From IMG/VR virus record IMGVR_UViG_3300030107_005298, positions 1 through 56,792 of that record: DNA of 56,792 bases. One strand, given 5' to 3'. Origin of the DNA: a virus. Lineage: Duplodnaviria > Caudoviricetes. The position numbers and the translations under genes are program-made. A model generated the notes under the pieces. It ran no database searches. It was not told the origin of the DNA and worked only from the letters and a program-made list of their open reading frames with translations. The number at the start of each line of letters is the position of its first letter. Position 1 is the first letter of the stretch. Positions 1-9,281 of the stretch are shown in pieces.

Positions 1-28
1 CCTTGACCAGCATCAGCTTCATAGGGAG

Positions 29-54
29 GAGCAGTTTTATGTCTTGCTCAGGAC
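29..54 (-). ncRNA. Putative H-type pseudoknot 3' of early gene (GUC-CUGAGCAA-GAC-AUAAAAC-UGCUC)
   Basis: P1 GUC/GAC, P2 GAGCA/UGCUC; the same architecture with compensatory P1 occurs at 54905-54931. Confidence 0.6.
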
Positions 55-68
55 GATTGACACACTGC

Positions 69-413
69 CTATGCCTTCAATTTCTTGAAGACCGGCTTGA
101 CTTCCAGACGCCCAGCATTAAACTGAGCAAGGACATTATCCTTGTGGGCTGTAAGGCCCCACTTAGTGCCGTCCTTCTTAAGGCCACCTTTCCTCCACTT
201 CTTGCCTGCTTTACACTTAGGTGCTGGACAGGAACAAGAGTAAAGTTCTTGGTTGCTCTTGGTCTTTCTAGTCTTACTACCTTTCTTTCTGTCATTGCTT
301 AAAGCTCTTGAAAGATTACCCTCTGAACGCTCTAACAGAGCATCCAGATGGGCCACAACTGTTTTGAGCTGACGCTCAATTTTGTTGAGTCTAGTTTCGA
401 CTTTTGTTGCCAT
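69..413 (-). CDS. Basic early protein, N-terminal coiled coil and C-terminal CxC..C..H putative Zn-binding domain (copy 1)
   Basis: Strong SD (AAAGGAGGT) upstream; homologous to 56346-56696 with the frame conserved. Confidence 0.85.
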   Translation of the reverse strand: MATKVETRLNKIERQLKTVVAHLDALLERSEGNLSRALSNDRKKGSKTRKTKSNQELYSCSCPAPKCKAGKKWRKGGLKKDGTKWGLTAHKDNVLAQFNAGRLEVKPVFKKLKA

Positions 414-548
414 TGGTTTTACCTCCTTTCGTTGGTGATGGTGACTAAACCTTGACTAGTCACACGTAGGGTAGGCTTTTCCATACCACTTTCTCAGCTC
501 CAGCTTCACTGCTTCAACTCGGCTTTTGCAAAACTACATCAACGACAC

Positions 549-564
549 TTCTTATATACTTTAC
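549..564 (-). promoter_or_regulatory. Putative archaeal TATA/BRE early promoter
   Basis: Minus strand GTAAAGTATATAAGAA resembles the repeated AAGCAAAGSTTTATAAAGAA motif. Confidence 0.5.
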
Positions 565-786
565 TCTTAAGGCTAACATCGAGGATAGAACACTTCATTA
601 GATAGAGATGGGTATATAAACCAAAAAATTCCGATTGACATCTTTAAAATTAGTCTTGATACTGCCTCATCGGTCCTCGTGACTGTGCTTGGGACGTGCA
701 TAGGTGAGTTCGGAGCCGACCAGAAATTTTGAAACCTATTTTTAATAGCTAAGCATTTGGCAGAGCGATATTTGAGGGTATTCACC

Positions 787-801
787 AATAGACTTATATA
801 G
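787..801 (+). promoter_or_regulatory. Putative TATA box for the packaging operon (leaderless transcript)
   Basis: AATAGACTTATATAG about 26 nt upstream of ATG 827, typical archaeal spacing. Confidence 0.45.
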
Positions 802-826
802 TTCCAAATATGTATATAGGGTAACT

Positions 827-1294
827 ATGCCTAACAAAGAGCACGGTTTGAAAAAGTACAAGATAGTTAACGCACTTACAATGGATAACCCATTGTCGTT
901 AGTAGAGAAAATTAAACAAGTTCCTGAAGACTATGAGCGCTATAAGTTCTACTTATGCGAACTTGACCAGGACCCTGGATTATCTTTGAACATTATCGAG
1001 ACCAGCCGCGTTGCTGCAATGTTAATGCAATTAGAACGTTATGATTCTTGGTCGTATGATAAGAGCATAGACGAACTTCTTAATTTTGAAACGACTAACG
1101 AACGTATGCGAAAAATGAATGAGTACGTACTCAATTACTTACAACGTGCACGTAATACCACTATAGTACAAGACAGTATTGGAGCTGCTAGAGACCTTCT
1201 AAAGGAGCTTAAAGGCGAAGATGGTGACTTAGACGTAACGTGGAAGAAACAACCAGAAATAATAGACATAGAGGTAGAAGAAAATGACAAATAA
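827..1294 (+). CDS. Putative terminase small subunit / hypothetical protein
   Basis: Helical 155-aa ORF heading the operon, two genes upstream of TerL; positional inference. Confidence 0.4.
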   Translation: MPNKEHGLKKYKIVNALTMDNPLSLVEKIKQVPEDYERYKFYLCELDQDPGLSLNIIETSRVAAMLMQLERYDSWSYDKSIDELLNFETTNERMRKMNEYVLNYLQRARNTTIVQDSIGAARDLLKELKGEDGDLDVTWKKQPEIIDIEVEENDK

Positions 1295-1712
1295 TACAAC
1301 AGCAGATAAGAATTTGACTGCAACAAATGAGACAGGTAATATGACTACAGGAGATGACTCCGACACAATGTTGAGTGGTCTTATTGACGTTCTCATAGGT
1401 TCGCCAGTACTAATAGGTCTTCTTTTGGTAGTCGTTGGTGCAGGGGCTGTAGCTTACTACAAAGTTCCTGCTTTCAAGATGTTCGTAGATGTTTATGCGT
1501 CTAAGCTTTTAAGCAAGCACGAAGCAGAGATATTAGAACTTATTGAAAAAAATCTAACGCCCAAAATGAGAGAGAAGCTCTCTGTAGAAGCTGAAAAGCA
1601 TCTAAAGAACGAGATTCTTGTACAGGTTATCTTAAGCAACTTTGACCACACGGAAAAGAAAGCTCAAGGTACTGTCAAAAAACTTATACGAGATTTAGCT
1701 AAAGAAGCATAA
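1284..1712 (+). CDS. Single-pass membrane protein with sequon-rich N-terminus
   Basis: Hydrophobic segment LIGSPVLIGLLLVVVGAGAVAYY; N-x-T sequons in the first 22 aa. Confidence 0.7.
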   Translation: MTNNTTADKNLTATNETGNMTTGDDSDTMLSGLIDVLIGSPVLIGLLLVVVGAGAVAYYKVPAFKMFVDVYASKLLSKHEAEILELIEKNLTPKMREKLSVEAEKHLKNEILVQVILSNFDHTEKKAQGTVKKLIRDLAKEA

Positions 1713-3418
1713 TGTTCGATTTGGCTACCGTTCTCGTAGAAGCCAAGAAGACTTTAGAGGAGGATTCCGCTACGGACGTACGATTTACTCACAATTACGA
1801 GATATTTAAGAGGTTCGTACACGTTGCGGAGTCGTCTTCAACAGACGAAGAGTTTCATAGGCGCATATTGACTGATTTTGATTTGTTTTGTGTAGCGTAT
1901 GTGAGACTAGATAACCGCAAGCCTATGTTTCCTGCCCCCTGGCAGACTGAGGCTGTGGCTATTTTTGAAACTAGAGAGATTAATTTATTTATTGAACCTC
2001 GTAAAATAGGTAAGAGCGCGGTCTTGAGTGCATATATTCTTTGGAAGATGTGTAAAGAGGCCACGACTAGAGCAGTTATATTTGCTCCTACCCAGGACCA
2101 GCTTTTCATTATGGAAGATATATGGAAGGCATTAAAGCGATGTGATTATCTAATGCAGACTTATGTGCAACCACAGGCTAAGATGGGTGATAGAGGTACT
2201 TATGGTAAGGAATATATTCGGTTCGGTTTTAACGAATCCGAGGTTGTAGCTAGTAATTTAGCGCAATCACAGAAAGCAGACAGTAAAAGAGGTAACAAGG
2301 GGTCTCTTTTCGTCGTGGATGAGATAGAGTTGGTTACAAAGGAAGTAAGAACTACGGTTATTGACGATATGATGGCCGATACTTACACCGAAAAGAAGAT
2401 GATAATGGTAGGAACACCTAAGACAGTGGCCAATCCAGAGCTAGAAATAGAGTGGGAAGCCTACTTAGAAGAGCCCGAAGAGTACGGAACACACCACATT
2501 GACGTCTGGGACGCCATAAAACAGGGTGCAATCACCCGTAGCTATATAAAAAACCGTTTTAAACGTCTAAACATACCCTGTCAGTGGGTTTTGAAGAAGG
2601 GATTATGTGCCCCGCGCGACCTAACAGAGGAAGCGGAGATAGATGGGTGGAAGTGTAACAAGTGTTGTATGCTAAATGAGGACTTTGTTGCGGAAAATAT
2701 GGGAGAATTCCCTAAATCTGCAGGTAAATTCTTTCCGAAACTGTTTTTGCAGGAGTGTGCTAACGAATCTTGGGACTTAAAAATCAAACCAGAGGCAGGT
2801 AGAGAGTATATTATGGGGATTGACTACGGTTTGTTGCTAAACCCTACGCAAATAACGGTGTTCGAGGTAACAGGGGACCGCGCACGTCTAGTATTTTGGG
2901 AAGAAATAGCCCCCACGCCCCCAGAATCAGGCACAAGAGACTATGACCCTATTATAGAACGTATAAAGACTATATATCACGCGTATAAAGATAAAATAGT
3001 AAGAATATATCCAGATGCTACTGCAGTAGGTATACAAATAACAGCTGACCTTACTAAAGAACCTAGAAGAATACCTTCGGTGAAGATATATTCCAACGAA
3101 ACAGCAGCAAAGAAGGAAGTTCTTGGAGTATGGATGACTGGTCCTTTCAAGCACGATATGTTACAGAACTATCGTAAGATTATTATGGACGGACGTTTGA
3201 AAGTTCCTAAGAGTGAACCGTTTTACACTAAATTTTTACTAGAGCACGACGGAGTTGTAGTTCAGAAAGTACAGGGTACTTCTAACTATTTAAAATTTAA
3301 AGAACCTGTAGGTGGGACTATCGATTTACTCGATAGTATGGGATTAGCCCTTCTACATCTATCGAAAGATGTAAGTCCACCCTTTTTAGGTTTTGGAGTA
3401 TCGAAATTAAAAATATGA
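1712..3418 (+). CDS. terL: Terminase large subunit
   Basis: PWQ Q-motif, Walker A PRKIGKS, FAPTQDQ, Walker B FVVDE, GTP coupling motif, RNase H-like nuclease GIDYG ... DLLDS. Confidence 0.92.
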   Translation: MFDLATVLVEAKKTLEEDSATDVRFTHNYEIFKRFVHVAESSSTDEEFHRRILTDFDLFCVAYVRLDNRKPMFPAPWQTEAVAIFETREINLFIEPRKIGKSAVLSAYILWKMCKEATTRAVIFAPTQDQLFIMEDIWKALKRCDYLMQTYVQPQAKMGDRGTYGKEYIRFGFNESEVVASNLAQSQKADSKRGNKGSLFVVDEIELVTKEVRTTVIDDMMADTYTEKKMIMVGTPKTVANPELEIEWEAYLEEPEEYGTHHIDVWDAIKQGAITRSYIKNRFKRLNIPCQWVLKKGLCAPRDLTEEAEIDGWKCNKCCMLNEDFVAENMGEFPKSAGKFFPKLFLQECANESWDLKIKPEAGREYIMGIDYGLLLNPTQITVFEVTGDRARLVFWEEIAPTPPESGTRDYDPIIERIKTIYHAYKDKIVRIYPDATAVGIQITADLTKEPRRIPSVKIYSNETAAKKEVLGVWMTGPFKHDMLQNYRKIIMDGRLKVPKSEPFYTKFLLEHDGVVVQKVQGTSNYLKFKEPVGGTIDLLDSMGLALLHLSKDVSPPFLGFGVSKLKI

Positions 3419-3732
3419 GCTTTTACGGCGGTAATTTAGAAAATGATTGTATAGCCATCTTAAATTGGTGTTATAGAAATCAAAGTAAGAAGCAGAGCTA
3501 TAGGGTGTTCGCAGATGAACTTGGGATACCTTTAGGTACGTTACATCGTATTATAACAGGATTCAAGTACTTTGGCGAAAGCCACTGGGCTCTAGCAACG
3601 TACGCAAAGAAATACGGATATGATATTACGTACGTAGGAAAACGTGGTTGCATTATCTGGGTAGATAAACGCAGACCATATTTAGAAAATCCCGCACTAT
3701 ATGAAGACAATGGAGATTTGTTCCAAATCTAA
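3415..3732 (+). CDS. Helix-turn-helix DNA-binding protein
   Basis: SYRVFADELGIPLGTLHRII HTH pattern. Confidence 0.6.
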   Translation: MSFYGGNLENDCIAILNWCYRNQSKKQSYRVFADELGIPLGTLHRIITGFKYFGESHWALATYAKKYGYDITYVGKRGCIIWVDKRRPYLENPALYEDNGDLFQI

Positions 3733-3748
3733 ATAATGGAGAGTCGCT

Positions 3749-5179
3749 ATGACAGAAGATAACAATAAATCACCATTTTTTGGCGGATGGTTTTCATCCG
3801 CAGACAGTCCACTGACTGATTCTTCAGAAACCTTTGACGTATATGATACGAACATAGGGGACTACAGGGACAAAGAAGTTACAAAGTTTTACGACCATTA
3901 TCTATTAGAATATCAAGAAAACGAGTGGTTCTCCTTTTTAGTAGATTACGTGGTTGGAGAGTTATTCACCGATTATCAATTTGTAGGTGAAGGAGCCGAT
4001 GAGGTTCGTAAATTCTTTGAAAATGTTGACCCACTAGCATACGACGAAATTGAGATGATGGGTCTCAATGTCGTACGGGAGGGTACAGGTGCGTTGAAGA
4101 AGTATTGGTCTGATGGACAATTGACGCAACTTAAGGCTATGAATGGTCGTCTTTTACGTCTCGATACGATGGCAAATGAAAGAAAGGTTGCTTCTAATAA
4201 ACCTGTAAATCGCTTAGGTTCTGAAGCAAAGCTACCTTCTACTGTAGAGGGTGTTAAGCAAACTTATTCAAGAAGTTTAGGAGCTAAAGTTAATGAGGTC
4301 GAAGATACTCAATTTTTACAAGTTTCTGTCGCATCAGACTCTAGATTTTTAGTTAATATGAGAACCTGGAGAATAAACGACTTCGGTGATTATAGGAACG
4401 AACAAATAGCCTTGTGCCGTATCAAACGTGATGCAAGGTCGCCTTACGGCATACCATTTGGTCGGTCTAGTTTTCACGTTATCAAATCATTAAAGGGTGT
4501 CAACCGAGATATTCTTGCATCTATAAAACAGAATGCTAATAATTTAAAAGTTATAAGCGCTGACTTAAGTGGCCTCGATTCAGAGAACGATAAGAAGACT
4601 GCGTTAGAAAATCTCGCTAGAGCCTACGATAAAATATCTTCGGCTACTCAAGGAGTCGTGGCGATTGATAATCATCACGAAGTCGGTTATATGGGAACAA
4701 CCGGCGCTGGCTCTAGGGACAGTCGAGTATTAGAAGTTATGGGACATCTGGAGCCTGTTATATCTGCTCTCCTAATGAATTACTTGTTTTCTATAGGGTT
4801 GATAGAACAGTCGGGTGCCAATAAATCTATTATATCTCGACAAGAAATAAGAGCAGAGAGACAAATAGAACGATATAGGAGGGCAGTTGCCAGGTTTTTC
4901 GAAACACAGATATTCCCTGACATCACTGAACAACCTTGTCGTTTAGTATTTAGAAAATATTACGAACCTGAAATATGGTTACAATTATTTCAAACGAACG
5001 TCATATCAAGAGAAAAACTATTAGAACAAATGTCTATTATTGATGATGGTCAAACATACTTCAAAGACGTTTCTATGGTGAACGTTGGGGGTGAAGGGGG
5101 AATAGGTAGAAGTGCTAATTCCAAAGCCGACACAAGCAATGATGATTCTTCTGATATGCGAAGAAGAGAGGATAAATAA
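3749..5179 (+). CDS. Portal protein
   Basis: 476 aa downstream of TerL; SPYGIP motif typical of portals. Confidence 0.8.
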   Translation: MTEDNNKSPFFGGWFSSADSPLTDSSETFDVYDTNIGDYRDKEVTKFYDHYLLEYQENEWFSFLVDYVVGELFTDYQFVGEGADEVRKFFENVDPLAYDEIEMMGLNVVREGTGALKKYWSDGQLTQLKAMNGRLLRLDTMANERKVASNKPVNRLGSEAKLPSTVEGVKQTYSRSLGAKVNEVEDTQFLQVSVASDSRFLVNMRTWRINDFGDYRNEQIALCRIKRDARSPYGIPFGRSSFHVIKSLKGVNRDILASIKQNANNLKVISADLSGLDSENDKKTALENLARAYDKISSATQGVVAIDNHHEVGYMGTTGAGSRDSRVLEVMGHLEPVISALLMNYLFSIGLIEQSGANKSIISRQEIRAERQIERYRRAVARFFETQIFPDITEQPCRLVFRKYYEPEIWLQLFQTNVISREKLLEQMSIIDDGQTYFKDVSMVNVGGEGGIGRSANSKADTSNDDSSDMRRREDK

Positions 5180-5265
5180 TGTTAGTAAACAAAAGCGAAG
5201 AAATGAAAAAGAAAAAGAAAAAGAAATCTTACCCTGGCACAATGGCAGGAAAAAGAAGTTATTGA
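5179..5265 (+). CDS. 28-aa poly-Lys micro-protein (MLVNKSEEMKKKKKKKSYPGTMAGKRSY)
   Basis: TAATG coupling to the portal stop; translated by hand. Confidence 0.4.
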   Translation: MLVNKSEEMKKKKKKKSYPGTMAGKRSY

Positions 5266-5275
5266 GTGGGTATGA

Positions 5276-5773
5276 GTGAAATGGATGACAATGTTGTTGG
5301 AAATTGTTGCAATTGCTGCTGTAATTCTAGGCCTAATGATAATCCTAGTGATGATAGCTGCGGTTGTGAAACAAGTAAAGAATAAATTACCGAGGAGGAA
5401 ACCAGAAGTGAGGAAAGACACGGCAAGTGAAGGAGTAACATTCAACGACATTTTTATGTTTATGATAGCTGTGCCTTTAGTTCTACTTTGGGTTGGTTTC
5501 GCAGGATTTGTTATACACAGTGGATTGCAGGACGACTCTGTTCTTGAGCAAATAGAAGGATATACAACTTTGATAGCTATATTAGGTGGGCCAGCCCTTC
5601 TAATTATTAAAGATGCTCTGGATGTTTGGAAACAAGAACAAGCTGAGAAGACTGCGTTCTATAAGGTAAAAGCACAAGCTGTTATCGATTATAACGACCA
5701 CGCTCAGAAACAAGCTCAAATGATAGAAGCTAAAGCACAAGAACAAGAACATAAAATGGAAAACAAGAAATAA
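5276..5773 (+). CDS. Multi-pass membrane protein (possible holin-like)
   Basis: Three hydrophobic segments and a charged C-terminal tail. Confidence 0.6.
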   Translation: MKWMTMLLEIVAIAAVILGLMIILVMIAAVVKQVKNKLPRRKPEVRKDTASEGVTFNDIFMFMIAVPLVLLWVGFAGFVIHSGLQDDSVLEQIEGYTTLIAILGGPALLIIKDALDVWKQEQAEKTAFYKVKAQAVIDYNDHAQKQAQMIEAKAQEQEHKMENKK

Positions 5774-5787
5774 ACGGAGAATAAATT

Positions 5788-6024
5788 ATGGAAAAGCAAG
5801 AAATGATAGATTTTCTCAAAGCTAGAGGATTATTCGAAAGAGGAATGAAACAACTAGTAGGATGGGAATTAGCTGAATTAGTAGAAGAAGCTATGGAAGC
5901 TGGAGTACCTACCAAAGAGGAAGAAGAAGAAATAGAAGAATTAACTAAACCTAAAGCAAAGCCAAAAGCAAAACCAAAGGCAAAGCCTAAGGCAAAACCT
6001 AAACCAAAAAAAGCAAAGGCTTAA
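5788..6024 (+). CDS. Small protein with histone-H1-like PKAK repeats
   Basis: KPKAKPKAKPKAKPKAKPKPKKAKA C-terminus. Confidence 0.75.
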   Translation: MEKQEMIDFLKARGLFERGMKQLVGWELAELVEEAMEAGVPTKEEEEEIEELTKPKAKPKAKPKAKPKAKPKPKKAKA

Positions 6025-6034
6025 ATACTTAGAA

Positions 6035-6217
6035 ATGGCTAAGAAGACTAAGTCTAGAGTTAACGAAGCTGGAAACTATACTAGACCTACTATGAGAAAG
6101 ATGTTATTTAATAAAATCAAATCAGGTGGAAAGGGAGGTTCTCCAGGACAATGGTCTGCAAGAAAAGCACAAATGTTAGCTCGAGAATACAAAAAACGCG
6201 GTGGAGGTTACCGTTAA
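6035..6217 (+). CDS. Small basic phage protein
   Basis: GQWSARKAQ..REYKKRGGGY pattern recalled from marine phage basic proteins; TAATG coupled to the next gene. Confidence 0.75.
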   Translation: MAKKTKSRVNEAGNYTRPTMRKMLFNKIKSGGKGGSPGQWSARKAQMLAREYKKRGGGYR

Positions 6218-6462
6218 TGGCTCTAAAAAAATCTCAAAAGTCTCTTCAGCGATGGGGAGTACAAAAATGGGGTTACGTCACAAAGGCTGACGAAAAAAAG
6301 CCTAAATCAAAAAGAGGACGTTACCTTCCTGAGAGTGTTAGAAAGGGTATGACAGCGGCAGAAAAAGCAGCATCAAATCGAAAAAAACGTAAAGCTGGCG
6401 GAGTCGGTAGTCGTGCTAGATATTCTAAAAAGGTAAGAAAAGCAGTAAGGAGAGCTAAATAA
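6217..6462 (+). CDS. Small basic phage protein (MALKKSQKSLQRW...)
   Basis: Start reassigned to ATG 6217, which overlaps the upstream stop; K/R-rich. Confidence 0.75.
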   Translation: MALKKSQKSLQRWGVQKWGYVTKADEKKPKSKRGRYLPESVRKGMTAAEKAASNRKKRKAGGVGSRARYSKKVRKAVRRAK

Positions 6463-6725
6463 TGGTTACATACAGAGGAGAAAAATTTTCAGGTTATAAT
6501 AAACCAAAGAAAACACCTAACGCAAAAAAATCTCACGCAGTTTTAGCGAAAGAAGGCGGCAAAGTAAGACTCATTAGATTCGGGCAACAAGGTGTATCTG
6601 GAGCAGGTAAGCGAACAGATGCTAAGTCTAAAGCTAGAAGAAAGTCGTTCAAAGCTAGGCACGCTAAGAACATAAAGAAAGGGAAAATGTCCGCAGCTTA
6701 CTGGGCAAATAGAACAAAATGGTAG
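6462..6725 (+). CDS. Small basic phage protein
   Basis: LIRFGQQG...RRKSFKARH...SAAYWA pattern recalled from marine phages. Confidence 0.75.
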   Translation: MVTYRGEKFSGYNKPKKTPNAKKSHAVLAKEGGKVRLIRFGQQGVSGAGKRTDAKSKARRKSFKARHAKNIKKGKMSAAYWANRTKW

Positions 6726-6901
6726 TTAAAAAAATAAAAGGAGTTGATGTGTCTAAGTTAACAACTAGACAGCAAACATCACTTGCAAAACATTCAGAAC
6801 ATCATTCCAAAGAACATATGAAGTATATGGTCAATGCAATGAAAAATGGAACTACATTTTTAAAATCTCATACAGAAGCAATGAAAAAGGTAGGTAAGTA
6901 A
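6719..6901 (+). CDS. Small basic, His-rich protein
   Basis: ORF in the coupled chain; KHSEHHSKEHM. Confidence 0.65.
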   Translation: MVVKKIKGVDVSKLTTRQQTSLAKHSEHHSKEHMKYMVNAMKNGTTFLKSHTEAMKKVGK

Positions 6902-7035
6902 TGGCTAAAACTGTTTCTTGGATGTGGAAAGGTAAAAAGTACTCTGGTACTTTGATACGTGAAACTGCAACACATAAATACGCTAGAACAAAAAGCGGCA
7001 AAACAAAAACTATTGTAAAAAAGAAGAGGAAGTAA
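6901..7035 (+). CDS. 44-aa basic micro-protein (MAKTVSWMWKGKKYSG...)
   Basis: TAATG coupled at both ends; translated by hand. Confidence 0.65.
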   Translation: MAKTVSWMWKGKKYSGTLIRETATHKYARTKSGKTKTIVKKKRK

Positions 7036-7184
7036 TGGTTGTCAAAAAGAAAGGAAAGGGTTATCAACTTAGAACTAAAAATGGCAAACGTTTGTTAGGA
7101 AAACACAAAACTAAAGCTGGTGCTATGAAACAAGAAAGAGCCATTCACGCAGCTAAAGCGGCTAGAAGAAGGAGAGGACGATGA
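7035..7184 (+). CDS. 49-aa basic micro-protein (MVVKKKGKGYQLRTKNG...RRRRGR)
   Basis: TAATG/ATGA coupling; translated by hand. Confidence 0.65.
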   Translation: MVVKKKGKGYQLRTKNGKRLLGKHKTKAGAMKQERAIHAAKAARRRRGR

Positions 7185-7300
7185 AAATAAAATTCGACGA
7201 TGAACGCGAGGATATATTAATAAAGGAAGAGGAAAAAGATGTCAAAAAACTCAAAGTTAAAAAACCTAAAAAAGGAAAGAAAGCAAGTAAAAAGCAATGA
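7181..7300 (+). CDS. 39-aa charged micro-protein (MKIKFDDER...)
   Basis: ATGA overlap with the previous stop and GGAG upstream. Confidence 0.5.
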   Translation: MKIKFDDEREDILIKEEEKDVKKLKVKKPKKGKKASKKQ

Positions 7301-7465
7301 AGATACGGTCATCGTTAGTGACAGCGGTGATGAAATGGAGCCTATTCGTGCTCCTATTAAAAACCCTAGAAATGCTAAGCCATTGGTTAAGTCCAGTGGA
7401 GTCCTAGCGTTTAGAGTAAAGGATGTGCAAGTTTAGTTCCACATATACTAGATGGATATTTTTAA

Positions 7466-8644
7466 ATGAGTGATATCGTAACAAAACCAGTCCAAAAGCG
7501 TTGTGCAACTGGCAAAATGCCAGCTTGGATGCGCAAAATGAAAAAGTCAAACGGCTATTCTTGTGAAGAACTAGCTACTGCTGTTACTGACCTCGTAGTT
7601 AATAAACGAAACAGGGCAAGAAGAGTAGAAGCTGGGGAAAAGAAAACTAGTGTCCTTTCATTATATGGAGGAGACGATTGGACTTGGATACTCGCTACTG
7701 AAAATGACACACGATTACGTGGTCTGTCAGGCGATAGATATCTCATTGACCCTACAGCACATATGGCAGCTTTGCCAACTTGGACTAAAATAAATAATGG
7801 ACACGTTGACCACAACCGTGAAAACCGTGTCGATATTGAAGTTGGAGAGGCTAGATACGATATAGATAAAGGTTTATACCTTAAAGTACGTACGAATGAT
7901 AACGAAGTTAATAAAGAACTTAAGAGAGGAGATATACTACCTTCTATAGAAGTAGATGTTGAATCTGAAGACGTACTAGATAAGAACATTATTGATTATT
8001 ATGTACCTACTGGTTTAGGACTTATGAAAGATAATGAACCGATGGGCAATTCTGTTGGACCCGAAAAACCATCAGACAGATTTTCTGTACCAATATTTGC
8101 AGGAGAAATAGATATGACAAAGGAAAAGGAAGAAGTCAAAGAAGAAACACAAGAAGAAGAAGAAGAGGTTGAAACACAGGCCGAGCCTGCTGTGGAAACT
8201 CCAGCTAAATCTGAAACCGAGGAAGAACCTAAAGAGGAGTCGGTTGATGAACTTACAATGGCAACTAACAAAGTTGCTGAACTCGAGAAACGTCTCGAAG
8301 AAGTTCTAAATCAGGTTGATAGCAAAGCCTCAGCTGAGGATGAATTGAAAAAGATATATATGAGCAAAATACCAGAGAGCATTCATACGGATGTTAACTC
8401 TTTGGATTTACCAACGCTCAAAGCATTTGCTAAATTATCTGACCACTTCAACTCTCAGATTGAGGACAGCTCCGCTCGATTAGAGGAAGCTCCAGTAATT
8501 AATGAGACCGATTCGGTCGGCTTAGACGCAGGGATTGATTCCAACGGAAGAATGGAAGATAAGCTCTATTATAGTCTGAAGATTAAACACGCAGAAGCGA
8601 ATGGAATGAAATACCCCGACGAGTGGAAGCAATATATTAGTTAG
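7466..8644 (+). CDS. Prohead protease/scaffold protein
   Basis: Position before capsid genes; N-terminal globular part (HVDHN, PSIE) followed by an acidic coiled coil. Confidence 0.65.
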   Translation: MSDIVTKPVQKRCATGKMPAWMRKMKKSNGYSCEELATAVTDLVVNKRNRARRVEAGEKKTSVLSLYGGDDWTWILATENDTRLRGLSGDRYLIDPTAHMAALPTWTKINNGHVDHNRENRVDIEVGEARYDIDKGLYLKVRTNDNEVNKELKRGDILPSIEVDVESEDVLDKNIIDYYVPTGLGLMKDNEPMGNSVGPEKPSDRFSVPIFAGEIDMTKEKEEVKEETQEEEEEVETQAEPAVETPAKSETEEEPKEESVDELTMATNKVAELEKRLEEVLNQVDSKASAEDELKKIYMSKIPESIHTDVNSLDLPTLKAFAKLSDHFNSQIEDSSARLEEAPVINETDSVGLDAGIDSNGRMEDKLYYSLKIKHAEANGMKYPDEWKQYIS

Positions 8645-8665
8645 AAAAAGAGGTAAATAAAAAAT

Positions 8666-9271
8666 ATGGTAGACAAAGCAGGACAATACGGCGGTGGTTT
8701 AGAAATCACCTGTATTCTTTTCGAAGGAACATTAACTGCAACTGCTGGTACCTCAGTATTCGTCGAGAACGGCGCACTAGGAAAATTATCATTTGCCTTT
8801 ACAGGAGAACTCAAAGAAGGAGACCTCGTGGGAATTCACGACTCTACCGACAATGATTACGACGCCTGTGAAGGACTACCTGTAATGGCTGCAGCAGCAG
8901 CTACCAATGGGTGGATTGGTATTATTAAATCACAGCCTGTATGGCACAAATTGCCTGCATCAGCTGGAACTTATAATACCCACGCAACTAACTTGTCCAA
9001 TGGACATTACAGAGTTGCAACAGTGGTAATGCCTGGTGTACAAATGGCTCTGAGAGGAGTTTGCGAAGGAACAGATATAACATCTGGTTCTCCGCTAGCT
9101 TGGGATGTCTCAGCAGACGGTTGGAAAGATGCCGGTACAACTATGACCGGTGTATTCTCTTTCCACGATGGCGGTGTCGATGCACAAAATGTCTTAATTG
9201 GTGTTGGTGCAGTCGGACAAGCTGCTGGTGGCTCTGAAGGAGACATTTGCTCACACGGAGTAGTGGCATAA
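8666..9271 (+). CDS. Capsid decoration/cement protein
   Basis: Gly/Ala-rich beta-type protein between scaffold and MCP; GAGGT SD. Confidence 0.55.
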   Translation: MVDKAGQYGGGLEITCILFEGTLTATAGTSVFVENGALGKLSFAFTGELKEGDLVGIHDSTDNDYDACEGLPVMAAAAATNGWIGIIKSQPVWHKLPASAGTYNTHATNLSNGHYRVATVVMPGVQMALRGVCEGTDITSGSPLAWDVSADGWKDAGTTMTGVFSFHDGGVDAQNVLIGVGAVGQAAGGSEGDICSHGVVA

Positions 9272-9281
9272 GGAGTATAAT

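Larger units (their letters stand above)
1..507. repeat. Left copy of an imperfect terminal direct repeat (partner 56278-56792)
   Basis: 1-62 matches 56278-56339 exactly; the last 27 nt (ccataccactttctcagctccagcttc, 481-507) match the window end; the interior is diverged. Confidence 0.95.

Noticed and set aside
1-507. Diversity-generating retroelement TR/VR pair
   Set aside because: No reverse transcriptase in the window; the differences include indels and are not adenine-specific
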